Source: Candidatus Omnitrophota bacterium (GTDB taxonomy: Bacteria; Omnitrophota; Gorgyraeia; Duberdicusellales; 4484-171). From it: a stretch of DNA of 64,000 nucleotides. This document shows, one piece after another, positions 9,601-17,393 of this stretch. The notes beneath the pieces were generated by a model, which was given only the letters and a program-made list of their open reading frames with translations, was not told where the DNA came from and ran no database searches. The DNA lies in the NCBI GenBank assembly GCA_003154195.1, contig PMCS01000025.1, forward strand, positions 16,662 to 80,661. The letters are read 5' to 3'. The position numbers and the translations under genes are program-made. Position 1 is the first letter of the stretch. Each line of letters opens with the position of its first letter.

Positions 9601-12327
9601 TCGCGGATCGCCATATCGAACCGCCGGACTGCCGGAAACAGCTTTCTTTTTCCCGGCGGCTGATGACGCTCGGCCGGCCGGGCTGGCGGCGGCGGAAAGC
9701 GGACTGGAATTGGACTTATTTCTACCCGGCGCAATTTTAATAAAATATGCTTTCGTATAATGCCCCGCCGGAACCTTTACCGTTCCATCTGTGACTTGAC
9801 CCCATTCAGTCTGATAAAATGTCGGCTCCTCACGCATCCCATCGTCGACATGTATAGATTTTATAAAACGGAAATCAAATCCGCTTTCTTTCAATCTAAG
9901 CGCCTCCGGTAATGAATCGAAAAACCCCTCTTGCGCCTCTAATTCCGCACGCACTTCCTCTACAAATTTTCTTTTTTTTCCATTGATAGCAATGATAGCC
10001 TTATAAACCGTTTCCGGATCGGTATTCGTAAATGCTCGATAAACTGCGGCTTCCGTTGACTTATCGCCAATCTTACCGAGAGCGTTACAAGCATCTCTAC
10101 GAATCCTTGGATTATAATCCTCCAAATCTCTGAGATAACGTTTTATCTTTAATTCCTTGGTTAACGATCTCATCTCGTCAAGAGCATCGTAAGCTGCCTT
10201 ACGAACATCACTATTTTTATGCGTTAATTTCTTAGTAAAAATCGGGACAGCGCGCTTGCCAATTTTTGCCAGTTTTCTAGCTGCATCATAATCACTGCCT
10301 ATGCGCTCGCTGAAATAACTTATAGGTAAAAACAATCGCCAGCTAAAATATACTAAAGGGGGAGTGAAAAGCCCTCCCCAAAAAGCACCAGTAATATCTA
10401 ACTCCTGCACAAATTCATTCCACTGGCGTTGCCAAAACGCCTCTGAAGACTCCGACATAATATTACCAAGAGCCTTTAAGTCACGTAAGGGTTCTCCGGC
10501 AAGTATCATTTGCACAGCATGGCCACCTAAATAATGCCCGAGAATCCCGCCACCTATTATTCCCGCAATAATTGATCCCCCAATCACCCACTTTGTCACC
10601 GCCGAACTTGTTACGTTTCCCGTAAGCACCGGACCATCGCACCAACCGTCTAATTTTATCGCCTTTAAATCATAATGAACCATTGCGCCAATTTCGGCGT
10701 CAGTTAACGCAAATCTATTACGCGTAAGAGTTATACTTCTAAATAAAGAGGCGATTACAAGCGAGCCTTTTTGTTTATCATATTCTGCATTCTCTTCCGC
10801 AACATGCTTCTTCCGTCTTCCTTCTACATTCACCAGCCTTTGTCTTTCATCCCAGCGAAACGAAGGCCTCTCGCCCTTCGTTCTTTCCCCTTTCCCCTTC
10901 CATCTTTCCTCTTTCTTGCTCCGTCTCTCACCTATAGTCTGCGGGATGATTGTCCCGAGAGAAGCCTGAGAACTAACCATAGACTCACTTTCCGCATTCA
11001 TTATCCCCAACCGCGCGGTAACCACTGTAGCCTCATTATTTTTTATAGGCGAACTTGAATCCAGCGGGCTGCAGGCAACCGTAGCCTGATAATCAAAAAA
11101 CCGCGCCATACTGGCTCCGCCGCTAAAGTACCGGCGCCGGACCGGTTTCTTTGTGGACCGGTCTAAATCTTTCTTGATGTAATCATAGACGCCTTTCTTG
11201 TAGGCTTCTAAGTACTGGCTGTAGATCTTCTGCTTGATCGCCGGGTCGGAGGTTTCGATACCTTTGGTTTTATTTTTATCGAAGTACCGGCTAAAAACGT
11301 TTAGCCCGTTGGGCCTGTTTAGCCCGTTAGAAGATTTTAACCCTGCAACCGGCTCAACGGACTCAACTGACTCAACGATTTGCCGCAAGCGACGCTTAAA
11401 CCACGCCGCCAGGATCACCGCACTACATACCTGGCGCAGTTGGCTGAAATTCTTGCCGTGGTTGACGTCCTGCTCGATTAAAGGAACAACTACTTCTTTC
11501 ATGACTTGGCTGGTCAATTCGTTTAGCCCGTTGAGTCCGTTTTGCCCGTTGGGCCCGTTAGGTCTGTTAGGAGATTTTAACCCTGCAACCGGCTCAACCG
11601 GCCTAACCGTCTTAACGCTTTTTTCCATAGCAACATAATCAGCTTCCATCATGACTTTAAGCGAAGACTCTCCGATTATGGCTTTATCACTATCTTCATA
11701 GATTTGAGCTTTATTGGGGATGATCCAGATTTTGTTGAAAGTATCGAAGGGTAAATTGTTTGTGCCAAAAAGCTTACTCGCTTGCGCGTAAACTTTTTTC
11801 CAGAAATTCTTTCCGATTTCACTTTCCGGATAAGTAACGCTGGCGGATAGTTGCTTCAAAACGTAGTCCTGAGACAGTAAATCTTTCCCTAAATCAGTTT
11901 GTCCCAAAGAATCGGCAACGATTCTTTGGGACTCGTAGGGGGAAAGGTTTACCCATAATTCATCTTCGGGAATAGTCAAAGCGGCAAGAAAATAGTTTAT
12001 CAGTTTTGTCGATTCGGATTTCAGCTCGTCAGATGCCAGGTTAGAATCGCCGCGATTGATGATAAAGTCAAATTTTAAAGGGTCGCTGGGGTAGAATTTA
12101 ATGCCCAGAAGCTGGGCCGGGGTATATTCCGGGCTGAGCGAAACCAGCGATGCCGGAGCAGGCATGTAGGACAGGGCGGAGCCCGGGACGGAAGCGCGGG
12201 CGTAACCTACCCCCAGGCTTGTCCCCAGAAACGAGACCAGCAAAATCACGATGGCCAACTTGCGATAAATTATTGAATGTGGTTTAGATAGTTTAAGCAG
12301 CATTATAATCCGGCCTGCGCCAGGCAA
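3676..12327 (-). CDS. Giant multidomain protein (2883 aa): signal/TM, Asn-Gly repeats, HEAT repeats, GH13-like barrel, GDE_C amylo-alpha-1,6-glucosidase domain, HEAT repeats, C-terminal ECF sigma-70 domain
   Basis: An 8.65-kb ORF with no stop codon cannot arise by chance at this GC content. The N-terminus has a hydrophobic leader; a TM segment follows (VIGGSIIAGIIGGGILG). PBS-lyase/HEAT-like repeats are present (DVRKAAYDALDEM, NPRIRRDACNALGKIG). GH13-like regions are recognisable: VDSVHN (I), GMRGDALWQ (II), MMMASHDWRN (IV). GDE_C motifs are clear (RNWSRDTMLSLPGL, LTWMDGM). The C-terminus carries sigma-70 region 2 and region 4 (GDDKCFNKLYALYWQAIFNICVK ... LPDKERESLVLYYIYGFKCKEIGKILQLTKSSVMNYL). 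Confidence 0.8.
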   Translation of the reverse strand: MPGAGRIIMLLKLSKPHSIIYRKLAIVILLVSFLGTSLGVGYARASVPGSALSYMPAPASLVSLSPEYTPAQLLGIKFYPSDPLKFDFIINRGDSNLASDELKSESTKLINYFLAALTIPEDELWVNLSPYESQRIVADSLGQTDLGKDLLSQDYVLKQLSASVTYPESEIGKNFWKKVYAQASKLFGTNNLPFDTFNKIWIIPNKAQIYEDSDKAIIGESSLKVMMEADYVAMEKSVKTVRPVEPVAGLKSPNRPNGPNGQNGLNGLNELTSQVMKEVVVPLIEQDVNHGKNFSQLRQVCSAVILAAWFKRRLRQIVESVESVEPVAGLKSSNGLNRPNGLNVFSRYFDKNKTKGIETSDPAIKQKIYSQYLEAYKKGVYDYIKKDLDRSTKKPVRRRYFSGGASMARFFDYQATVACSPLDSSSPIKNNEATVVTARLGIMNAESESMVSSQASLGTIIPQTIGERRSKKEERWKGKGERTKGERPSFRWDERQRLVNVEGRRKKHVAEENAEYDKQKGSLVIASLFRSITLTRNRFALTDAEIGAMVHYDLKAIKLDGWCDGPVLTGNVTSSAVTKWVIGGSIIAGIIGGGILGHYLGGHAVQMILAGEPLRDLKALGNIMSESSEAFWQRQWNEFVQELDITGAFWGGLFTPPLVYFSWRLFLPISYFSERIGSDYDAARKLAKIGKRAVPIFTKKLTHKNSDVRKAAYDALDEMRSLTKELKIKRYLRDLEDYNPRIRRDACNALGKIGDKSTEAAVYRAFTNTDPETVYKAIIAINGKKRKFVEEVRAELEAQEGFFDSLPEALRLKESGFDFRFIKSIHVDDGMREEPTFYQTEWGQVTDGTVKVPAGHYTKAYFIKIAPGRNKSNSSPLSAAASPAGRASSAAGKKKAVSGSPAVRYGDPRDIIKDFPVPDWFLLDSAGNPTSGSILQMWPSRYADPKAANWEGHVNRRALVKAAAEAKATAILLSPVSMSAHWDKRKSQANVAKYAGDVDVAIAQYKTTGSFGDFEFIVDDSAYASISPWIINRGYHDIAEVEGEGDDLVAKYEYWERTDRDRLAKNFIKPMRTLADGRVNKGADALVLRILRDGWPGYLKFILKRFPQYRVSDLLQSSNEQIRALPIYKKLMNLVLFEQYWLHKFIRDLVDDARAHNVRALIDYPVAPSIVGVDSVHNPGVLVDNGRANPGVGDKKWDPLAIYSDYDYVRREIVAYLEYFGFSGMRGDALWQVRDKPGYWDSLTGEFKKHDWLMMPELLGSPEIHKLYRDALQRGWMPIITNWGAKWGEGGDGTIASRHILIDGEGGPRALDNHQWPPDGTGRRNDQDRYLMMMASHDWRNAAKILGLLDYRVPPAVACRIGMWFAGTTSAAYSPGPGWEQGDGRDFNRAPGEEVLWAYAPRDTGVDLVPELAIINNLRMRFPFMLNPRNSDIKVLGEHGRGVALQVERYSPDGKRAMVFVENFSGYPAQGHFWINHKHFNIDITKPFDLVDLSRAVDQKDCPRYTFTPGTDTVKVDGDYVGLYFSLEPAQVHAFYLDPAADYSVSSSSPVAKSKGGGDRGVKKEGGRKKVSVSGPVNIGADEAVWEFSDKNKTDTFVMPSGKTLVVRNKNSFMLRIRKHGEPARDIEARFNAQSGEYVAAVPGLETGSEYWMTFKWLGSGQWDHDEQARYGHKPRDYRIEVLPPYERMNEFDSALPFVRRVQNVFAGLMEAGENMVYFDPTLSVSRLSDGSNRYDPAIGWSIVAGFPSFGPTSYLRNWSRDTMLSLPGLLATGHVEAFKNIMCTYIRFVKQGLLPNFIGDGTNVNPGSIDSTMLMFWAIGEYLKATGDYAFLQTPISLAFGISGDRKKATILEILEDIMRAHREGIHLVYSDKGERNIDITVDSDGLLKGGNQNTNLTWMDGMVEGFGHIFTPRYGKPGEVNALWKNALSLMADIYGRTGDSSKRENYEARARLAEESFGKYWNEKKGCLYDTIDGDSKEAEMIRPNQMWAVALGLVEGEQAKRIMDKMMDELFTVYGFRTLSRDDPAYKPLRTDGNKEEAYHQGLVWTHLSGIGIQACIRVYGREKTIRLLAEKGYFSGLAKQLRDLHGIAEIFSGDNNLETEYNKTGAYKQAWSIFENLRALSLLFPKLYQKTARSSIEASLAREPVWSDKSARIYFAAPKNEAVTIQAQAPAQIHAGVIHPDGTWTDIRDIKLDEPVQGIGYQGVLPAGNQNAFIAKWPDGTEEGIYPIVRIDRDKEKARRQANVDKWYEGVKLAASPVEAWLDIKVMNSRGIHGWPSTVAARFSSQMKESFSDIAVHITNNNNNGVSVTLVGDQPTDIRLLLSLVVEFKHEVTVTLTSDGEHSPEVLDSLLLLWARLLTSKDILENTSEGPGRVSQLLEEMKSISEKEKRGGRGEGDEKQVRQSREPSRAGEKRQSLEELVAGLPGSFDSLLGRMFVDNEGDPQERALAAWRVGEERDPRALPSLAKAFYDNGTAPVVRIAVIEALGKVKPDDLRSPVADEVNRVIGDALNDEHPQVRAAAIEAFENIDHYRAEAGLEAIRGKGDGSKEKSGGKAPVGGAEPKTSSPLSRADRYRRFDAQEAIAGQLIAGFLSGDDKCFNKLYALYWQAIFNICVKQLNGDSDAASDAVQEIFAKLVKLLRSGSYQDKGRFLPYLRRIAIYTCIDEMRTRKKRNNRVLSLDDEQMTGVARQVIDRAPGTEHNIIQREQLEGCLSGLPDKERESLVLYYIYGFKCKEIGKILQLTKSSVMNYLSWGREKVKKNLEASKVAVRNGVASSSALSPTNSPSGGIDLKADKLNLEVKTVDSQMSDKQIKTKNINASSGVSNLPSAIYHLPSIDFNNFGGFRVEIMGMEEVKDLKTALGISGQEPPLKQYSKLP
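11300..11617 (-). repeat. Internal duplicated segment (two ~90-bp copies, 11300-11387 and 11521-11617) inside the giant gene, encoding (N-G-x)n repeats
   Basis: A 9-bp-periodic NNNNCCGTT run is followed by the shared core ttag(a/g)agattttaaccctgcaaccggctcaac(c)gg. It translates to VEPVAGLKS.N..NG.NGLN, which occurs twice. Confidence 0.8.
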
Positions 12328-12410
12328 AATTCTCCCTTATTTTATTATAAGTATTAGTATATAACATATTTATTATGGAAATGCCAATCACGCGGCAAAA
12401 TTTATCCAAG

Positions 12411-12456
12411 AAATAAAAAAGGCCTGCCCTTTTTATAAAGGGCAGGCCTTTTTTTG
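12411..12456. terminator. Bidirectional rho-independent terminator
   Basis: An A-run, then ggcctgccc / gggcaggcc (a perfect 9-bp stem), then T7. It lies immediately 3' of the minus-strand gene 12512..12874 and upstream of the giant gene. Confidence 0.8.
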
Positions 12457-12511
12457 CCGCTGCCTACAGCCTGTTTTCAGGCCACTCACTACAACGCGAT
12501 ACCGAAAACTG

Positions 12512-12874
12512 TTATTTTACTAACGCAATCGAAACCGCTTCGTTGGTTCCATTTTTTTTGGTAATATACTGCGTTTTGACTTTTTCTCCGGCAACAAGCT
12601 TATCGAAAGTAATCGGTTTGCCGTCGGCATCGGAGATAACCGTCGACGCCTTTACGGCCATGGTTAAATCTTTGTCCTTGGCTACGATGATTTTAATCGA
12701 AGCATCCGTAGCTTTTGCCGCATCGGCGGGAACAAGAGAATCGATGGTCCCGGAAACGGTCATCGCTACCGGCGCCTTGGCCTTTGCCTTTGCCGTTGCC
12801 GTTGTTTTCTGCTGAGCGAAACAAAGAGAACCGGCGGTCACCATCAAAACAAACAAAAATAATGCTTTCTTCAT
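12512..12874 (-). CDS. Small secreted protein (signal peptide, KAKAKAP low-complexity)
   Basis: 120 aa with N-terminal MKKALFLFVLMVTAGSLCFAQQ. A strong RBS is present. A terminator follows the gene. Confidence 0.5.
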   Translation of the reverse strand: MKKALFLFVLMVTAGSLCFAQQKTTATAKAKAKAPVAMTVSGTIDSLVPADAAKATDASIKIIVAKDKDLTMAVKASTVISDADGKPITFDKLVAGEKVKTQYITKKNGTNEAVSIALVK

Positions 12875-12970
12875 ATCCCCACCCCCCCTTTTTTTTGGTA
12901 AAAATGTTCCTTATTTCCATGTTTCTTAAAATCACACCGCGTCTTTTTATATTTCTTATTACTTCATTTC

Positions 12971-13252
12971 TTATTGTTTCATTTCTGCTTGTTTTGGCTC
13001 TACTTGTTTTTTAGGCTTGCTTGGCGCGGCGCGCTTCTTGCTGTTTTTTGGCGCAACTTTCGCGGCCTTAGCTTTTCCCTTTTTATGCGTCGCGGATGTT
13101 TTTTTGGCCGGCGTTACCGAACCTGCCGTAGCGTTCCCCGCATTATTCATGCCGGGTGTTTCTTCCCCGCTTTTAGCAAAACTCATCCCGCAAATGCTGC
13201 CGGAAAAAACCAATGCGATAAAAAAACATACCATCTTTCTCATAACAATCAC
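12971..13252 (-). CDS. Small secreted lysine-rich protein
   Basis: 93 aa. It has a signal peptide and a Lys/Ala/Pro-rich tail. Its start overlaps the stop of the upstream response regulator by 4 bp. Confidence 0.45.
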   Translation of the reverse strand: MIVMRKMVCFFIALVFSGSICGMSFAKSGEETPGMNNAGNATAGSVTPAKKTSATHKKGKAKAAKVAPKNSKKRAAPSKPKKQVEPKQAEMKQ

Positions 13253-13650
13253 CCCCTTTCCTTAATCGAAGCAATACCGCTACGGCATTCCTCCGATTGC
13301 GTTCCAAAGCTTTTATTGATTTTATCCATCAACTTACTAAAACCATCCGCTTTATCATGATAACCGAAAGCGCCGTCAATAAGGCGTTTCTGGTCTTCTA
13401 CCGAATAAACACTCGTAACGATTACCTTGACCTCCCGGTATACTAACGCGATGATACCAAAAAACTCATCGCCCCGTGCTTGCCCCATATTAATATCAAG
13501 CAAAACCAAATCGATAGGCTGTTCTTTCAATGCCGCGCCGGCCTCTACAGTATTAGCCGCCCCTAAGACCTTAAAACCGTAAGCCTCTAAATGGCGTCCG
13601 TAGATATTTCTTATCTTATCTTCATCGTCAACAATAAGAATTGTCTTCAT
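13249..13650 (-). CDS. Single-domain response regulator (CheY-like receiver)
   Basis: Carries the receiver motifs DDE...D (LVLLDINM) and a conserved T/K region. Confidence 0.8.
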   Translation of the reverse strand: MKTILIVDDEDKIRNIYGRHLEAYGFKVLGAANTVEAGAALKEQPIDLVLLDINMGQARGDEFFGIIALVYREVKVIVTSVYSVEDQKRLIDGAFGYHDKADGFSKLMDKINKSFGTQSEECRSGIASIKERG

Positions 13651-13724
13651 AAAAGATATTTATTATTGCAGAACAATGATAAAAGGACGGTTAAAAAAAG
13701 ATTAAAATTTTCTTATTTTGATGG

Positions 13725-15203
13725 TTAGCACAGCGGCAGGACAATCGTAAAGATACAGCCTTTCTCCGGTTTGTTATTCGCGGTAATATCCCCGTCGTGG
13801 GCAAGAGCGATAGACCGGGCGATGCTTAAGCCCAGGCCGATACCATGGGAATCGTTTTGTTTTTTACCGGGGACGCGGAAAAATTTATCAAAAATTTTAG
13901 TCAGATACTGCTCCGGTATACCCTCCCCGTTGTCGGAAATATTAATATGAATTTTACTGCCATTTACGGCGGCCAAGACATCAATATCGCCGAAGGGAGG
14001 GGTGAATTTAACGGCGTTATCCAGAATATTAAAAAATAACCGGCGCAGATGAACTTTATCGCCGTTGACGATAAAATGCCCCGCGGGAAGACCACAGCTA
14101 AAATTAATTTCCTTGGTCGATGACAGCACGCGAGCGTGTTCGCAGATTTCGGCGAGAAAAACTATAAAATCAAATTGTTCAAATTTAAATATATCCGTCC
14201 GGTAATCAAGCTGGGCCAAAAGAAACAAATCCTGGGTTGTCCTGATAATCTTATTAAGTTCATCGAGGCTTTCCCGTAAAACTCTTTTATATTCATCGGG
14301 CAAACGGTCTCTCTCTAAGGCCAGCTCGATTTCTCCTTTGACGATTGCCAACGGCGTCTTGAGCTCGTGGGCGACATGCGAGCTGAATTCATTAATATGG
14401 CCGAACGCTTTCTGCAAGCGGCTGATCATGGAATTAAAGGAATCGACGAGATATTTCATCTCCGTGTCGATTTGCCCGGCGGGGATACGCACGCCCAATT
14501 CATGATGGGATATATTATTGGCGATACGCGCTACTTCGGCTACGGGTTTTAAAATACTATAGGCAAGAAATTTACCGAGAAAGCTGGTCACGACAACGAT
14601 ACAGACGATACCCGCCAGGATGAATAAAAATAACCGGTTCAAGATGTGCTCGATATGCCCTGCCGGCGAGCCGATCAGGATAATACAACGAAGCGAGTTT
14701 TTGTATAAGAAAGGGCTCTCGATAAAACGAAAATAATTTTTTTTGATTTTAATGGTCTTATAGTTTTTCTTATTGTTGGCGCTGATGAACATTTTCCGCA
14801 GAAAATTACCGATTTCCTGAGGATAATTCGATGAAAATAAAAAAGACCGGCGGCCCACATCAAAAACATTAATATAATCTTCTTTCAGGCTGAGCGCCTC
14901 CACTTCCGCCCTCCAGAGATTATCGATGATTTTGCGGCTCTTACCCTCCAGGCCGACCGCCTCGATAAAAATACCGTTTTTCCGTGAAATAACGAAGGAA
15001 CCGGCGCGCGCCGGGCTGAGTTCTTCGGAAGCGTTTAGAAGAGAGGTGATTTCCGAAACTTTAATCCGCAGCTTTTCGTCAAAATCGGCGTAAAGGATAT
15101 GGCGAATCGATAAAAAAATAATCCCGCCGAAAATATCTAAAATAAAAAAAAGAATAATCGAATATAAAATGCTTGTTTTGAAACGGATGGAGTTGGCGCG
15201 CAT
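13725..15203 (-). CDS. Sensor histidine kinase
   Basis: Two N-terminal TM segments. H-box SHVAHELKTPLAIVKGEIELAL. HATPase N/G boxes (DNAVKFTPPFG, SDNGEGIP, GIGLGLSIA). Confidence 0.85.
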   Translation of the reverse strand: MRANSIRFKTSILYSIILFFILDIFGGIIFLSIRHILYADFDEKLRIKVSEITSLLNASEELSPARAGSFVISRKNGIFIEAVGLEGKSRKIIDNLWRAEVEALSLKEDYINVFDVGRRSFLFSSNYPQEIGNFLRKMFISANNKKNYKTIKIKKNYFRFIESPFLYKNSLRCIILIGSPAGHIEHILNRLFLFILAGIVCIVVVTSFLGKFLAYSILKPVAEVARIANNISHHELGVRIPAGQIDTEMKYLVDSFNSMISRLQKAFGHINEFSSHVAHELKTPLAIVKGEIELALERDRLPDEYKRVLRESLDELNKIIRTTQDLFLLAQLDYRTDIFKFEQFDFIVFLAEICEHARVLSSTKEINFSCGLPAGHFIVNGDKVHLRRLFFNILDNAVKFTPPFGDIDVLAAVNGSKIHINISDNGEGIPEQYLTKIFDKFFRVPGKKQNDSHGIGLGLSIARSIALAHDGDITANNKPEKGCIFTIVLPLC

Positions 15204-15206
15204 AGG

Positions 15207-15875
15207 CTAACCCTTCAACACGTAGCCCGTGCCCCGCAGGGAATGAATCAATTTTTGGGGATAGCCACCGTCGATTTTATTACGTAAATAGTTGATATAG
15301 ACATTGATGATATTAGAAAAACTATCGAAATCGTGGTGCCAGACATGTTCCGAGATCATCGTCCTGGTTACGATCTGGCCGGCGTTGAGCAGCAGATACT
15401 CCAGCAAGGCGTATTCGGTAGCGGTAAGTTTTATTTCTTTACCGGCGCGCACTACTTCATGAGTAAGCTGGTCAAGCTCTAAATCAGCGGCCTTAAGCCT
15501 GGTGGCCTTATCTTGCTGCCGACGCCGCAGGCAGGCGCGCACTCTCGCTAAGAATTCTTTGAAATCAAACGGCTTAGCTAAATAATCGTCGGCGCCGGCG
15601 TCAAGCCCTGACACCCTGTCTTCGATACCGCCCTTAGCGGTAAGCATCAGAACAGGGGTTGAATTTTTTTTAGCGCGCAGCTGGCGGCAGACATCCAGGC
15701 CGTCTTTACCCGGCAAAAGTACATCGAGGATTATCAAATCATACTGGTTGGTCTCCGCCTGGAACAAACCATCAATACCGTCATAAGCGTTATCGACGAT
15801 ATAATGCTGCTCCTTCAACCCGCGTTGGATAAAACTTGCCAACCGCTTTTCGTCTTCAATAACCAGTATCCGCAT
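15207..15875 (-). CDS. OmpR-family response regulator (CusR/CopR-like)
   Basis: A receiver domain plus a winged-helix domain with MISEHVWHHDFD...INVYINYLRNKID, typical of heavy-metal-type regulators. The histidine-kinase gene starts 4 bp downstream. Confidence 0.9.
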   Translation of the reverse strand: MRILVIEDEKRLASFIQRGLKEQHYIVDNAYDGIDGLFQAETNQYDLIILDVLLPGKDGLDVCRQLRAKKNSTPVLMLTAKGGIEDRVSGLDAGADDYLAKPFDFKEFLARVRACLRRRQQDKATRLKAADLELDQLTHEVVRAGKEIKLTATEYALLEYLLLNAGQIVTRTMISEHVWHHDFDSFSNIINVYINYLRNKIDGGYPQKLIHSLRGTGYVLKG

Positions 15876-15901
15876 AGGCTATATTTTTTCCCCCGCTTAT
15901 T

Positions 15902-17275
15902 TTATTCAAGCTCGACGATGCGCCAGGAAACCCGGTCTAAAGGGATATTGCCCAGATAAGTATTGGCGCTGGTGAAAATGCGCCGGGGGTTACCCAGCGC
16001 GTTAAGCGAAACAGAAACGGTTATCGCCTTGCCGCCCTTTCTTATCTGCAAATCGGACTTGCGCAATTTAACCCCCTGGCACACAACCCTGATCCACAGC
16101 ATACCAAGCCGAATATGTAATTTCGGCATATCGCGAAAATCTTTATCTTTACGATAGCCAAAAATATGCATCGAAATGCCGACCGTTTTGGCTAACGGCC
16201 GGGATAACTCGATTCTGATGATCAGCCTGTCTTTATTACGGCGCACAAAACGCTTCTCGATCCCGACAAAGGCAGCTTTTTCCTCGGCGGTTAATTCTTC
16301 CGGCCCGGAGCCGTCGTCGCCGGAAACATGCTGCGTTAAATCGTATTCGGCGGAGGCAGGTTCAAGCTTCACCACGGGAAAATCGCCGAATATCTCATTA
16401 GACCGGACAAAAGAAAGAAGGTTGCGCTTGCCGGAATCATATTGTGAACGATGCGCCCTTATTGCCGCATATTTATTTTCGACCGATTGACGGGAAAGAC
16501 TATGGCCGAACCATTTTATCTCCCGCTGGAAAAATTGCGGTATAGCCATTTCCCGGGAAGGGTAATAGCCTGAAGGCGACGGCCAATCCTTACAATGTAT
16601 CAGATAAGGAAAAATCATGGCCCGGCCTTCGTATCCTAAATCCCAGATTGCCACCTGCGTAAAAAGGTAAAAGGCGCGATGGTCGGGATTATTGTCCGAG
16701 GGATGAGAAAGAAAAATCTCGGTAGGTTTAAATTCTTCAATAATCGTCTTTAAATCTTTTACTATTTCTTCACCCTTGTAGGCGGCGCCGGAACGAAACG
16801 CGCTGGAGTAAGGCACCCGCGTTACCTCCATCAGCATCCCCTTGCCCGGCGGCCGGCGGCCCCAGTGATACAACCAGATATCCAAAGTTTTAAAATCGGG
16901 GTACCCTAAAAACACCAGTTGCGACGGCAATACGCCAAGGACTTTATCGGCGGCCAGCGCTTCGTCATGGCGAACCACCCCCATCGCCTCCGCCCCTTTG
17001 GGCATAACCACGGGATATTTGCGATAGAACAAAAATGACCACTGGTTATTATCCCCGTAGGTCAAAAAAACTATTTTCAACGGCAGTTTATTTTTAACCG
17101 CCTCCTGGATAATACCGCCGCAACCCAATACTTCGTCATCAGGATGAGGCGCAAGGACAAGAATACGCTCGCCCTTGCTGAAAGATATCCCATCCGCCGC
17201 CGCCTGGCCGAAGCTGTCGGCGGGAATAAGCAATATCGCGATAATTACAAAAAACAATAATAGTTTTTTTGACAT
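15902..17275 (-). CDS. PIG-L/LmbE family N-acetylglucosaminyl deacetylase with signal peptide and C-terminal extension
   Basis: LVLAPHPDDEVLGCGG is the HPDDE zinc motif of the PIG-L family. There is an N-terminal signal peptide. The protein is 457 aa. Confidence 0.7.
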   Translation of the reverse strand: MSKKLLLFFVIIAILLIPADSFGQAAADGISFSKGERILVLAPHPDDEVLGCGGIIQEAVKNKLPLKIVFLTYGDNNQWSFLFYRKYPVVMPKGAEAMGVVRHDEALAADKVLGVLPSQLVFLGYPDFKTLDIWLYHWGRRPPGKGMLMEVTRVPYSSAFRSGAAYKGEEIVKDLKTIIEEFKPTEIFLSHPSDNNPDHRAFYLFTQVAIWDLGYEGRAMIFPYLIHCKDWPSPSGYYPSREMAIPQFFQREIKWFGHSLSRQSVENKYAAIRAHRSQYDSGKRNLLSFVRSNEIFGDFPVVKLEPASAEYDLTQHVSGDDGSGPEELTAEEKAAFVGIEKRFVRRNKDRLIIRIELSRPLAKTVGISMHIFGYRKDKDFRDMPKLHIRLGMLWIRVVCQGVKLRKSDLQIRKGGKAITVSVSLNALGNPRRIFTSANTYLGNIPLDRVSWRIVELE

Positions 17276-17393
17276 TTATTGCCTGAAACTACGGGGATAT
17301 GCTACTTACTCACTTCGTTCCCTTTTTTATCTTTCGATAAGTATATTTTTATATCACAGCTTAGAAAAAAATCAATAGCCCTTTCGCTGACGG

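Noticed and set aside
11300-11617. Short periodic repeats (9-bp NNNNCCGTT units and a duplicated 40-bp core) that could be mistaken for a CRISPR array
   Set aside because: They lie inside the giant ORF, are in frame, and encode Asn-Gly-X protein repeats. There are no regular spacers and no cas genes.
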